Shown here in pieces: positions 47,006 through 56,629 of a stretch of 64,000 bases of DNA. The position numbers and the translations under genes are program-made. The notes under the pieces are model-generated. The model did no database searches. It was not told the DNA's origin and saw only the letters and a list, made by a program, of their open reading frames with translations. Origin of the DNA: a bacterium (lineage in GTDB: Bacteria; Patescibacteriota; Microgenomatia; UBA1400; PJMF01); contig JAQBYG010000002.1 of NCBI GenBank assembly GCA_027620445.1, positions 1,130 to 65,129 of the forward strand, written 5' to 3'. Numbering within the stretch: the first letter of the stretch is position 1; the number at the start of each line of letters is the position of its first letter.

Positions 47006-47968
47006 ATGCATCGACCATTTGACGCCCTCGCTGTTGGCTCCATTTACCTCGACATACACTATGGCATGTTTCCCTTCGACTCGAAGGTGGGCATTACTAC
47101 CGAAACGGAAACGGTCGGATCACAGGTGCTCCTGACTGTCGGCGGATCTGCTGCGAACTTTGCACAAATCGCTGCCAGTCTCGGCTTGCAAACGGCACTG
47201 CTTGGCAAAATTGGACAGGACAGAGTGGGCGATATCGTAACTGAAGAGCTTGGTAAACTCAAAATTCAACAGCTTATTTTTACCGATCCAGGGGTGAGAA
47301 CCAACGTCAGTTCGCACTTCACCAACCCAAGTGGAAGAACAATTCAAACCACGGGTGGCTCTGCCAACGCTGCGCTCAATCCCGAAGATGTCTTTCGCGT
47401 TATTCGCAATTACTTCGACAAAATTTCGACTCTCTACATCGGCAGTTACTTCAAACTCACCGCACTCCAAGCTGGATATTATGATTTGGTCAAAGACGCA
47501 CTGGCGGCAGGCATCGAGGTACTCCTTGACCATGGCATGATTAGCAATGTGGTGGAAAAGTCGCATATCGAAAAAGTACAAAAAATGATTGAACAGGTAA
47601 CCTACTATCGACCAAACGAAAATGAGTTCAAAACAATCTGGGATGTAGATTCTATCGAGGCAGGCTTTAAAAAATTACAACAGCTTTCTACGCGTCCAGA
47701 AACGGTCGTAACTAGAGGAGGAGAAGGCGCCATTGGCCTCGATCAAAGTGGGAATGTGTACGATGTCCCAAGTTTTTCGATCACTCCAAAGAATGCCGTT
47801 GGTGCTGGAGATAGTTTTAATGCGGGCTATCTCTACGCAAGAAAAAGTGGCAAAGAAATGCTAGAGTCAATCCAATTTGCACATGCGGTGGCTGCAGTTC
47901 GTATTTCCGAATCTCCATTACCAACTATAGAGCAAGTAACAAGTATGTTAGGAGCCAAAAATGTCTAA
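47006..47968 (+). CDS. PfkB-family carbohydrate kinase
   Basis: GGSAANFAQIAASLGL motif and C-terminal GAGDSFNAGYL anion hole. Confidence 0.8.
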   Translation: MHRPFDALAVGSIYLDIHYGMFPFDSKVGITTETETVGSQVLLTVGGSAANFAQIAASLGLQTALLGKIGQDRVGDIVTEELGKLKIQQLIFTDPGVRTNVSSHFTNPSGRTIQTTGGSANAALNPEDVFRVIRNYFDKISTLYIGSYFKLTALQAGYYDLVKDALAAGIEVLLDHGMISNVVEKSHIEKVQKMIEQVTYYRPNENEFKTIWDVDSIEAGFKKLQQLSTRPETVVTRGGEGAIGLDQSGNVYDVPSFSITPKNAVGAGDSFNAGYLYARKSGKEMLESIQFAHAVAAVRISESPLPTIEQVTSMLGAKNV

Positions 47969-49043
47969 ACACACTGCCATTCTCGATAATCTTGCCGAGA
48001 TGGACAAGATTGACGCCAATCATACTCGTGGTTCTATCGAGCAAATCGCTCAGCAAGTACAACATGTTTGGGAACAGGCACAGTCACTCACAATCTCTGA
48101 CGAATACAAACAAGTGACAAATATCGTGGTTGGTGGCATGGGTGGCTCAGCTCTCGGGACACATGTCATCCAGACAGTATTCAAAGATGAGTTACAACTA
48201 CCTGTCACCATTGTGCCGGACTATACGCTGCCAGCCTCTGTCAACGAAAAAACCCTTTTTATTGCTTCAAGTTACTCTGGGAGTACAGAGGAAACACTGA
48301 GCTCAACTAAACAAGCACTGGCTCGAGGTGCAAAAGTTGCAGGTATCACTTCCGGTGGGGAGCTCGCGAAAATGCTTGCCGCAGCCGGTGTGCCGAGACT
48401 GGTGTTTACCCCGACCTACAACCCATCTGGCCAACCAAGAATGGCGCTCGGATACTCCGTCTTTGGGCAGATTGCACTCCTGAGCAAGCTCGGTGTGCTT
48501 GAGGTCACAGACAAACATGTTGACGCTGTGTTGGCTGCTATCGCAAGTATGCACCTCAAAGCCGGCGTCGCGGTCTCTGAAGCAGAGAATCCTGCTAAAT
48601 TACTGGCGTACCAAATTGAGCAACGCATTCCTATTCTCACGGTAGCTGAGCACCTAGAGGGTGTGGCGCACGTTTTTGCCAATCAATTGAACGAAAATGC
48701 TAAGACATACTCAGAGTACCGAGTGGTGCCAGAGATCAATCACCACTTGCTCGAAGGTCTGAAGTATCCGATTAACAGAGATGACATGCTCTTTTTCTTT
48801 ACTGTTCTCTCAAAGCTATACCTGCCTGGAAACAGCAAGCGAATGTTGCTCACACAAGAGGTGCTACAAAAAAATAACATCGAGTTCCAGACACTTGAAC
48901 TCACCAGTGAAACAAAACTGGAACAAGCCTTCGAACTTCTCACCTTTGGTGCCTACGTTACCTTCTACTCGGCTATGCTCCATGGCTTTGATCCAGCTCC
49001 AATCCCAGTGGTCGATTGGTTTAAGGAACAGCTCAAACACTAG
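47961..49043 (+). CDS. Bifunctional phosphoglucose/phosphomannose isomerase (SIS-domain PGI/PMI family)
   Basis: VVGGMGGSALG and SYSGSTEETL SIS motifs; 360 aa. Confidence 0.7.
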   Translation: MSKHTAILDNLAEMDKIDANHTRGSIEQIAQQVQHVWEQAQSLTISDEYKQVTNIVVGGMGGSALGTHVIQTVFKDELQLPVTIVPDYTLPASVNEKTLFIASSYSGSTEETLSSTKQALARGAKVAGITSGGELAKMLAAAGVPRLVFTPTYNPSGQPRMALGYSVFGQIALLSKLGVLEVTDKHVDAVLAAIASMHLKAGVAVSEAENPAKLLAYQIEQRIPILTVAEHLEGVAHVFANQLNENAKTYSEYRVVPEINHHLLEGLKYPINRDDMLFFFTVLSKLYLPGNSKRMLLTQEVLQKNNIEFQTLELTSETKLEQAFELLTFGAYVTFYSAMLHGFDPAPIPVVDWFKEQLKH

Positions 49044-49068
49044 CCTCGAGTTGTGCTAGGATGGTTGT

Positions 49069-50559
49069 ATGCCTGCCGCATACTTGCTTGAACAACTACC
49101 TATTTCTAGTGGAGTGCCAAATCGCTTGCGCTTGCTACGCCAAGCACAGATGCTTGGTTTGCCCGTAGCTCCCACGCTCTACATTTCTCCCGGAGCTATA
49201 TTTGCTTCATTTTTGCAGCAAAAAAACTGTGCCCAACTACTCGAAGAGAGGAGAGCTTTTGGTGACGACCCTGCATTAGTACACCTCGCCGAAGCAAAAA
49301 TACTCCAACTCTTTCGTGCCACTACTCTCGATACTTCACTCGCAAAAGATATCATGCAACACTACCATCAGCACCTGCGGGGTTCGTTTGTTCGAGTATT
49401 TTTCACTCGAGGGATTGCCACAAATACCGACAACATTCTCGGCGACAGCAACCTGCTTGAATCAATCATCCTGGCTTCACATATGCTTTTGGAACTTGCG
49501 CTCGCGGCAAGTCGATCTGCTCCGACATCTGTTCTCGAAGTTGCCGCTGGCATGTGCATACAAACACAACTACAAGCCTCTGGCTCGGGCACAACGTACT
49601 CAAAACATCCGCTTCATCCAGAAAAAAATGTGTTTGCTATCTCGGCGCGATTCGGCGTGACACCTCCAGGAAAAGCCAGCGAGCAACTGGATTGGTACGA
49701 GATACACAAATCAACAGGACAAGAAACTGCTGTGGCGATCGGAACAAAAACCCTTACCTACAAACGTACTGCTGATTCTCTCGAAAAAAAAGGTGTGGCG
49801 GCAAAGCAACAGCTACAACGGGTTTTGTCGAAAAAGCAAAGTGAGTTGCTCGCCAAACTAACAGCAAGTATCTCGCAAAAAGAATTCCTCCCTCTCAGAG
49901 TGGACTGGGAAATGGAGGGGAACAGCATTTCGATTACTGAGATTACAGAACTCGATCAACCAAAGACAGCACAAAAATCTGCGACCGTCCACACAACACA
50001 AGTCGTACAACCAGCCGACAGCTTGTGGGTTCGAATTGACCCTTCATGGAAACAACGACCCGACCACCTGGTCACCCTCATCGCAGAACTCGCCAATACA
50101 CATCAATTGGAACCAAAAACCAATATCATCGTGCCCCACGTTACCTCAAGTCATGAGCTTGCAGTCATGCGCGAACACCTCCTTGCAGCCACACTCGCTC
50201 ACCAGAGCCGAAGTTATTGGCCAGAAATCACAAGCGTTGGGATGCTACACACATTACCTGAGAGTCCTGCGCTCGAGTTCTTCGCCGGTATTATTCTGGA
50301 TGTCCCGATGCTGCTTCGGTCATTATTTGTGACCCCGAGCTGGGACGAGGCAGAGCTTGAACTACTATTTTCTCTCATCGAGGAGCACGTGCCTACGCGT
50401 CTGAATCGGGGTATTGTCCTACATGCTGTAACTCCAACCATCATTTCGCATCTTTCGGGACAAGTGTACAAACACGTACACACTCCAACAGACTTGGTCC
50501 AAAAAGTAAAAGCAGTACTATCTGATCTTGAAGTCGAAAGGCTGAACACGCTACCATAG
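49069..50559 (+). CDS. PEP-synthase/PPDK-like protein lacking the phosphohistidine motif (degenerate PEP-utilising enzyme)
   Basis: N-terminus resembles the PPDK_N ATP-grasp (GVPNRLRLLRQAQMLGLPVAPTLYISPG, VRVFFTRGIATNTDNILGDS). C-terminus resembles the PEP-utilising TIM-barrel (IIVPHVTSSHELAVMREHL). No GGxTSHAAI-type central motif is present. Confidence 0.35.
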   Translation: MPAAYLLEQLPISSGVPNRLRLLRQAQMLGLPVAPTLYISPGAIFASFLQQKNCAQLLEERRAFGDDPALVHLAEAKILQLFRATTLDTSLAKDIMQHYHQHLRGSFVRVFFTRGIATNTDNILGDSNLLESIILASHMLLELALAASRSAPTSVLEVAAGMCIQTQLQASGSGTTYSKHPLHPEKNVFAISARFGVTPPGKASEQLDWYEIHKSTGQETAVAIGTKTLTYKRTADSLEKKGVAAKQQLQRVLSKKQSELLAKLTASISQKEFLPLRVDWEMEGNSISITEITELDQPKTAQKSATVHTTQVVQPADSLWVRIDPSWKQRPDHLVTLIAELANTHQLEPKTNIIVPHVTSSHELAVMREHLLAATLAHQSRSYWPEITSVGMLHTLPESPALEFFAGIILDVPMLLRSLFVTPSWDEAELELLFSLIEEHVPTRLNRGIVLHAVTPTIISHLSGQVYKHVHTPTDLVQKVKAVLSDLEVERLNTLP

Positions 50560-50565
50560 ACACAC

Positions 50566-51861
50566 ATGCCAAATATTCAAGGAGTATACGCCAGAGAAAT
50601 ACTTGATTCCCGTGGATTACCGACGATTGAGTGCACCTTGTGGCTTGATACCGGTGGTATCGTTCTGACAAGTGTTCCTGCGGGCACATCTGTCGGCAAG
50701 TACGAAGCACACGAGCTCAGAGATAAAGACCCCAATCGCATGATCGGCATGGGAGTGCTCCAGGCGGTAAATAATATCAACACAATTATCGCACCACAAC
50801 TTGTCGGCAAAGACCCGACTCAGCAAGCAGAAATCGACCAGCTGCTCATCGCACTTGATGGCACACCAGATAAATCAAAACTAGGCGCCAATGCAATTCT
50901 CGCTGTCTCACAAGCTGTCTGCAAAGCTGGGGCTCTCACCAACAATGTTGCTTTGTACTACTACATTTTCAACAAGTTTCAGCTTGCACAAGAGCTCATC
51001 ATTCCGACAAATATTTTTACCGTCATAAACGGCGGCGAGCATGGAGCCGACAACCTTGATCTGCAAGAGTTTCAACTCTTGCCCGCAAGTCATATATCCT
51101 TCCCAGATTCGCTCAGTATGGCTGTCACGCTCTATCAAAAACTAGAAGAAGTACTGATTTTGAAAGGCGCTATTCACTCAGTTGGCCTTGTCGGTGGCTT
51201 CACCCCGAATCTGTACAGCAACAGCGATGTGTTCGATATCTTGGTAGAAACAATCAAGTCGAGTCAATACACGCTTGCCCAAGACCTGTTTTTTGGCATC
51301 GATGCCGCAGCTGACGAGTTTCACAGTGCTGGCAAGTACACCCTGCGGGACCGATCACAGCCCTACTCGAGCAATGAGCTTATTGAGTACTACAGAAAAA
51401 TTCGTAGCTTGTATAACGTGTTTTATGTTGAAGACCCCTTTTCAGATGATGATCTTGGTGCATGGGCAACGATAACAGAGTATCTTGGCGACACCACCAA
51501 AATTGTTGGAGATAGTTTGCTCGTGACAAGTCAGGAAAAAGTAAAGGAAGCCATCGAAAAAAAATACTGCAACACACTGCTGGTAAAACCAAATCAGGTA
51601 GGAACCATTACCGAAACAATCGCTGTTATCTCTCTTGCTCGTCAAGCAGGCTGGAGTATCGTTGTGTCACATCGTAGTGGTGAAACCAACGATGACTTTA
51701 TCGCAGACTTTGCAGTCGGGGTTGGCGCAGAGTACACCAAGTTCGGCCCGCCAAACAGAGGAGAGCGAACAGCCAAGTACAACCGCCTCTCGCAGATCCA
51801 CCAAGAGATCGAAATGTCTCGCCAACAACAGGCTGCCGCACCACAACAAGCTCAGTCATGA
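50566..51861 (+). CDS. eno: Enolase (phosphopyruvate hydratase), paralog 2
   Basis: Canonical enolase motifs (GIDAAADEFH, YVEDPFSDDD, VKPNQVGTITET, SHRSGETNDDFIADFAVG, KYNRLSQIHQE). Carries VGDSLLVTS where VGDDL is usual. Confidence 0.9.
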   Translation: MPNIQGVYAREILDSRGLPTIECTLWLDTGGIVLTSVPAGTSVGKYEAHELRDKDPNRMIGMGVLQAVNNINTIIAPQLVGKDPTQQAEIDQLLIALDGTPDKSKLGANAILAVSQAVCKAGALTNNVALYYYIFNKFQLAQELIIPTNIFTVINGGEHGADNLDLQEFQLLPASHISFPDSLSMAVTLYQKLEEVLILKGAIHSVGLVGGFTPNLYSNSDVFDILVETIKSSQYTLAQDLFFGIDAAADEFHSAGKYTLRDRSQPYSSNELIEYYRKIRSLYNVFYVEDPFSDDDLGAWATITEYLGDTTKIVGDSLLVTSQEKVKEAIEKKYCNTLLVKPNQVGTITETIAVISLARQAGWSIVVSHRSGETNDDFIADFAVGVGAEYTKFGPPNRGERTAKYNRLSQIHQEIEMSRQQQAAAPQQAQS

Positions 51862-53552
51862 CACAACCAGCAGTTGCACCAATTCTCTCAAGCAAACCGC
51901 TTGACCCTTCGCTTTCACAAAACAATTACACGGGACCAAAACCGGTCGTGCTTCTCGTGCTCGATGGTTGGGGGATCGGACCAAAAAACGCAGGCAACGC
52001 AATTGCCCAAGCCAAAACACCAAATATGGATGGCTACTGGGTCTCGTATCCACATACCCAACTCACTGCCAGTGGCCAGGCTGTCGGCTTGCCGCAGGGA
52101 GAAGACGGCAATACCGAAACCGGTCACTTAAACATTGGCGCCGGACACATCGTGTACCAAGATTTGCCCAGAATTAACATGTCCATTGCAGATGGTTCGT
52201 TTTTCTCTAACCAAGCATTGCTAAACGCTGCCCAGCACGTCAAAAATAATAGCAGCACCCTGCACTTGATGGGCCTGGTTGGGGCGGGCGGCGTCCACTC
52301 AAATATCGAGCACCTCTATGCACTCCTCAACTTTGCCAAACAGCAAAATTTGACAAAAGTGTACATTCACGCCTTCACAGACGGCCGAGACTCGCCGGCA
52401 ACAGCAGGTATCGAGTACATCAAGCAACTGATGGCGAGCTGCGAACACATGGGAGTCGGCCAAATTGCTACACTCATGGGGCGCTACTATGCTATGGACA
52501 GAGATCATAAGTGGGAACGAATCGAGAAAGCGTACGATGCCCTAACTCTTGGAAGTACTGAATCATGCGTACTAGATCCACTACAACTGTTTCAAGATCA
52601 GTACGACAAGGGCGTTACCGACGAATTTATTGAACCGATCAGTATCTGTGGTCATGATAAGCAGAAGCGAACGATCGATAAAAATGATGCGGTGATTTTT
52701 TTCAACTTTCGCGTCGATCGTCCTCGCGAACTGACTCGAGCCTTTGTCACGCCAGACTTTGAACAAGGTATACACACCGCCGCATTCGATCCATACACAG
52801 AAAAGTATGAAAAGACAAATATTCAAAAACCAATCACTGGTCAAACGTTTCAACGAAAAAAACGATTGAGCAACCTGTACTTTGTGACAATGACTGAGTA
52901 TGAAGCTGGTCTACCAGTAGATATTGCCTTTCCTCCCCAAAAAATCCTGCATCCCCTCGGACAGGTTTTCTCTCAACACGGCTTGCGACAACTCCGCATT
53001 ACCGAGAGTGAAAAAGAACGCTTTGTCACGTACTACATGAATGGGCAGCTAGAGACAATGTATCCTGGTGAGGATCGGGTTATTATTCCGTCAAAAGGGG
53101 TAAAGTCGTACGATCAGGCTCCCGAAATGAGTGCCTTTGAGATTGCGCAAGAAATGATCTCACGCATCATGACCGACACCTACCATGTCATTATTTCCAA
53201 TATCTGCAACGGGGATATGGTTGGACACACGGGCAATTTTGAGGCTGCTGTGAAAGCCTGTGAGTATGTCGATCAGGTTGTGGGACAAATTGTTGCTGCC
53301 GTAACCCAAAAAGGCGGTGTTGTACTCATCACCGCTGATCATGGCAATGTCGAGGAGATGATCAATGTCGAAACCGGCGCAGTTGATACCGAGCACTCGG
53401 TATACCCCGTGCCACTCCTGATCATTGGCAACCAGTTTGCACAAAAACCAGTTATGTTGCCGACCGGCATTTTGGCCGACGTGGCACCTACGATGCTCAA
53501 GTTAATGGGCATCACTCCACCGGAAAGTATGACGGGCAGATCTTTGATATAG
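51858..53552 (+). CDS. gpmI: 2,3-bisphosphoglycerate-independent phosphoglycerate mutase
   Basis: VVLLVLDGWGIG N-terminus, the catalytic Ser region and ITADHGN. Its start overlaps the enolase stop (ATGA). Confidence 0.9.
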   Translation: MTQPAVAPILSSKPLDPSLSQNNYTGPKPVVLLVLDGWGIGPKNAGNAIAQAKTPNMDGYWVSYPHTQLTASGQAVGLPQGEDGNTETGHLNIGAGHIVYQDLPRINMSIADGSFFSNQALLNAAQHVKNNSSTLHLMGLVGAGGVHSNIEHLYALLNFAKQQNLTKVYIHAFTDGRDSPATAGIEYIKQLMASCEHMGVGQIATLMGRYYAMDRDHKWERIEKAYDALTLGSTESCVLDPLQLFQDQYDKGVTDEFIEPISICGHDKQKRTIDKNDAVIFFNFRVDRPRELTRAFVTPDFEQGIHTAAFDPYTEKYEKTNIQKPITGQTFQRKKRLSNLYFVTMTEYEAGLPVDIAFPPQKILHPLGQVFSQHGLRQLRITESEKERFVTYYMNGQLETMYPGEDRVIIPSKGVKSYDQAPEMSAFEIAQEMISRIMTDTYHVIISNICNGDMVGHTGNFEAAVKACEYVDQVVGQIVAAVTQKGGVVLITADHGNVEEMINVETGAVDTEHSVYPVPLLIIGNQFAQKPVMLPTGILADVAPTMLKLMGITPPESMTGRSLI

Positions 53553-53578
53553 TTATATATTTTAAGATGTGGTTGCGA

Positions 53579-53593
53579 GTTCGTGAGTTGTTC
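53579..53593 (+). promoter_or_regulatory. Candidate LexA operator, direct repeat GTTC-N7-GTTC (GTTCGTGAGTTGTTC)
   Basis: Located 54-68 nt upstream of the lexA ATG and before the AAAAGGAGGA RBS. It matches the alpha-proteobacterial-type SOS box rather than the CGAAC-N4-GTTCG palindrome. Confidence 0.4.
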
Positions 53594-53646
53594 GGTTATC
53601 CTATGGAAGGTTTGGGAAACATACGCCCAAACAAAAGGAGGACTTC

Positions 53647-54273
53647 ATGGCCGTAACATTGTACAAACGTCAGAGACAAATTGTAGACTTCATTGCACAG
53701 TACATACAAAAAAACGGCTACTCACCAACCTTGCGTGAGATCGCCGAGTCTCTCAACGTTTCGTCTTTGGCTACTGTTCACGAGCACCTACAGGCGCTTC
53801 AACGCAAAAAGGTAATCAAACGACATGAAGGTGCCGTTCGAGGTATTGAATTGATTGATCGCACATTTATGCGCATCACTGACAGTGTCGACTTACCGCT
53901 ACTTGGCTTCATCGCAGCTGGCTCACCAATCGAGCCACACACCGATTCAGCTGCTTCTTTCAAGGTTTCCCCAGAGATGATCTCAGGCAAGAAACGATCC
54001 TACGTACTGCAGGTAAAAGGAAAATCAATGATCGAGGATCACATCGATGATGGTGATTACGTCGTGATCGAAGAAACCCAAAATGTCACTGATGGCGACA
54101 TCGTGGTCGCGCTCCTCGACAACGGTCTTGCAACACTCAAGCGATTCTACAAAGAACTCACTCGAGTACGCCTTGAGCCAGCAAACTCCAGCATGAGCCC
54201 CATCTATGCTACCAATGTGCAAATTCAGGGCAGGGTAGTTGGTCTGATCAGGAAGTTTCAGTACGAGCGATAA
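53647..54273 (+). CDS. lexA: LexA repressor
   Basis: N-terminal wHTH (TLREIAESLNVSSLATVHEHLQALQRKKVI), cleavage-site region (LPLLGFIAAGSPIE) and Ser/Lys dyad (GKSM...TLKRF). Confidence 0.9.
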   Translation: MAVTLYKRQRQIVDFIAQYIQKNGYSPTLREIAESLNVSSLATVHEHLQALQRKKVIKRHEGAVRGIELIDRTFMRITDSVDLPLLGFIAAGSPIEPHTDSAASFKVSPEMISGKKRSYVLQVKGKSMIEDHIDDGDYVVIEETQNVTDGDIVVALLDNGLATLKRFYKELTRVRLEPANSSMSPIYATNVQIQGRVVGLIRKFQYER

Positions 54274-54814
54274 ACTGTCGCTCGGCGAATGAGACTTGCT
54301 CATTTACGAAACAGCGCAAGAGATACAAATAGTCGGATAGTCTGTTGATATATCGCATAACTAAAGGTGATTGTGTTTCCTCCCTGTTGAGCTTGACCAA
54401 TACCCGTTCGGTACGACGACAGACTGCACGAGCTACATCACAATGCGCCCCAAGCTGTGTGCCGCCCGGAAACACGAACTTTGTGTGCCAATTATCCGAC
54501 AGAGCTGTCTGTAGTTGCTCAGCCTGATGCTCTAGTTTCTTGAGAGCAGCCTGCGTAATGACCGCTGTCTTGGAACCAGCGAGCTCAGCACCGAGATAAA
54601 AGAGCTGCTCCTGAATCGTGACTAACTGTTTTTTTTGCGGCTCAAACTGATTATCAAACTGGGAAACCACCAAGCCCAACCATGAGTTGAGCTCATCTAC
54701 TGTGCCAATTGCCTCAAATATATTAGCGTCCTTTGCCACACGTTCCCCAGTAATTAGTCCTGACTCTCCGCCATCTCCAGTCTTGGTCGAAATTGAAATT
54801 ATTGACTTTGGCAT
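54248..54814 (-). CDS. PduO-type ATP:cob(I)alamin adenosyltransferase family protein
   Basis: TKTGDGGESGLITGERVAKDANIFEAIGTVDELNSWLG matches the PF01923 N-terminal signature. Confidence 0.7.
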   Translation of the reverse strand: MPKSIISISTKTGDGGESGLITGERVAKDANIFEAIGTVDELNSWLGLVVSQFDNQFEPQKKQLVTIQEQLFYLGAELAGSKTAVITQAALKKLEHQAEQLQTALSDNWHTKFVFPGGTQLGAHCDVARAVCRRTERVLVKLNREETQSPLVMRYINRLSDYLYLLRCFVNEQVSFAERQFIARTETS

Positions 54815-54844
54815 ATTGGACTACCGTATACTATACGATCTGCT

Positions 54845-55852
54845 ATGAGCTACACAACAGACATTCTTACAACCGAATCAGCCTTCGAATCGCTCGAAAA
54901 TGAGTGGCAACCACTACTAGAAGCTAGTGCAACCAATGAGGTGTTTCAAACATTTTCGTTTCTGCATACCTGCTGGAAAAGCTTTGCACCAGGAAAACTC
55001 TCGCTCATCACCGTGAGAGATGATCTCGGCAAGCTACTCGCACTTGCGCCACTTTTCCTACAAGAAGCGGCGGGGACAACCAGTGCGCAATTGCTTGGCT
55101 GTAGTACAGTCTCTGATTACCTTGACTTGCTTGTCGATGCTACCTTACAAAATAAACTATATCCAGTCCTCTTGCAAAAAATCGAGGAGTTGCCTTGGGA
55201 TACGCTTGCATGGTGCAGCCTGCCAGAAGCCTCTCCTACAAGAACGTGGCTTAAAAACTTTTTCTCAGGCGAACAGGTGAGAGAGATGCAACAAGATGTC
55301 TGTCCACAAATTATGTTGCCAGCATCCTGGGAAACCTACCTTGCGAGTATTGATCGGAAACAGCGTCATGAGATCAGACGAAAGGAGCGACGACTGTTGG
55401 CTTTTGAACAAAGCTTTGAAGAAATAGAGCAGCCGAGTACTTTGGACATAGCGGACTTTATTCGCCTGCATAAAGCGTCCTCACAAAACAAACGTGCGTT
55501 TTGGGATGACACGCATCTTGCTTTTTTCTCACAAATACTTCCAAGCCTGGGGAAGCAGAGATGGCTTAAACTATTCTTTCTGAAAGTAAAGGGGGTTCGG
55601 GCTGCTAGCATGCTGATCTTCGATTACAACAATGCTTTTCAACTGTATAACTCTGGATTTTTGCTCAGCGAGTTTCGAGAACTCAGCGTTGGCTCACTTC
55701 TCACTGCTCACACGATTAAACGGGCAATACAAGAAAAGCGAACAATGTACGATTTCCTGCGAGGCAATGAGGAGTACAAATTTCGCTATACCGCACAAGC
55801 CAAACCAATCTTTGACATCACGATTTCCCGCGACCGCCAGTCTGCCAAGTAA
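54845..55852 (+). CDS. BioF2/CelD/FemAB-like GNAT-fold acyltransferase
   Basis: About 335 aa with the FemAB-type double GNAT pattern; the C-terminal YDFLRGNEEYKFRY motif is typical of PF13480. Confidence 0.45.
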   Translation: MSYTTDILTTESAFESLENEWQPLLEASATNEVFQTFSFLHTCWKSFAPGKLSLITVRDDLGKLLALAPLFLQEAAGTTSAQLLGCSTVSDYLDLLVDATLQNKLYPVLLQKIEELPWDTLAWCSLPEASPTRTWLKNFFSGEQVREMQQDVCPQIMLPASWETYLASIDRKQRHEIRRKERRLLAFEQSFEEIEQPSTLDIADFIRLHKASSQNKRAFWDDTHLAFFSQILPSLGKQRWLKLFFLKVKGVRAASMLIFDYNNAFQLYNSGFLLSEFRELSVGSLLTAHTIKRAIQEKRTMYDFLRGNEEYKFRYTAQAKPIFDITISRDRQSAK

Positions 55853-56576
55853 CCGCGCTTAAAATTGGAGCGTACACATCGTCATCTCGAGAAATATAGA
55901 GAGCCTGAATCTCTGCAGCGGTTGGTGGAGCAGCCTGAAATACTATACGTGGTACTTCAGTAACAATCGCTAGCGGTTGTCTTTCTGCGCTTTCACCCAT
56001 CTCAAAAGTTGCAACCTCTGCCAATGACTCGGCAACATTCACCGTTGTCATCTTCAGCTCTCTCCCAAGTAAATCTTTTTCGCCAATATGACTATTGATT
56101 GCAACAAACCCACAATGTCCGAGTGCGGTTCCAACTGAGCCCCACTTGAGTGGAATTGTTCTACTGTCGGTGATAACGACACCCAGTTCTGTTATTTTGT
56201 AGTGTTGTTTGAGAGCTTTCCAAATCTGTACTGCTAATCCATAAGGATCTTTGGGAAGCAGGGCATAGACACCAGAAACGTTTGACTCATCTACGCCCGC
56301 ATTCACGGCCAAAACTTGATGCTTAATGGTCAACATGAGGTTGTACTGCGATGCGTCGGGCGGCAAGTAGTAGTCTGCCTCACGGGCAACCACGGCGTGC
56401 TTTTCCGCACGCGTCCCTTCCTTAATCGGTATGACAGAGCCTTCGCACAAGGCAGCAATTTTGGAAGTGATGCAAAGCACTGACTGCTCCGGTATTTGAG
56501 GAATGGCAGAGAAAATATGCTGCAGTAGATCGTCGTTTGGATGGACAATTTCAGTTTTATATGCAGTGCACTTCAT
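55818..56576 (-). CDS. CofE-like (F420-0:gamma-glutamyl ligase family) protein
   Basis: Size and motif pattern (ITSKIAALCEG...AVNAGVDESN...VVITDS) of PF01996. Confidence 0.45.
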   Translation of the reverse strand: MKCTAYKTEIVHPNDDLLQHIFSAIPQIPEQSVLCITSKIAALCEGSVIPIKEGTRAEKHAVVAREADYYLPPDASQYNLMLTIKHQVLAVNAGVDESNVSGVYALLPKDPYGLAVQIWKALKQHYKITELGVVITDSRTIPLKWGSVGTALGHCGFVAINSHIGEKDLLGRELKMTTVNVAESLAEVATFEMGESAERQPLAIVTEVPRIVFQAAPPTAAEIQALYISRDDDVYAPILSAVTWQTGGRGKS

Positions 56577-56629
56577 AGATCGCTCCTTCGAGCAAGTTCA
56601 TTGTACAATAGAGGGTCACCAAATCAGCC

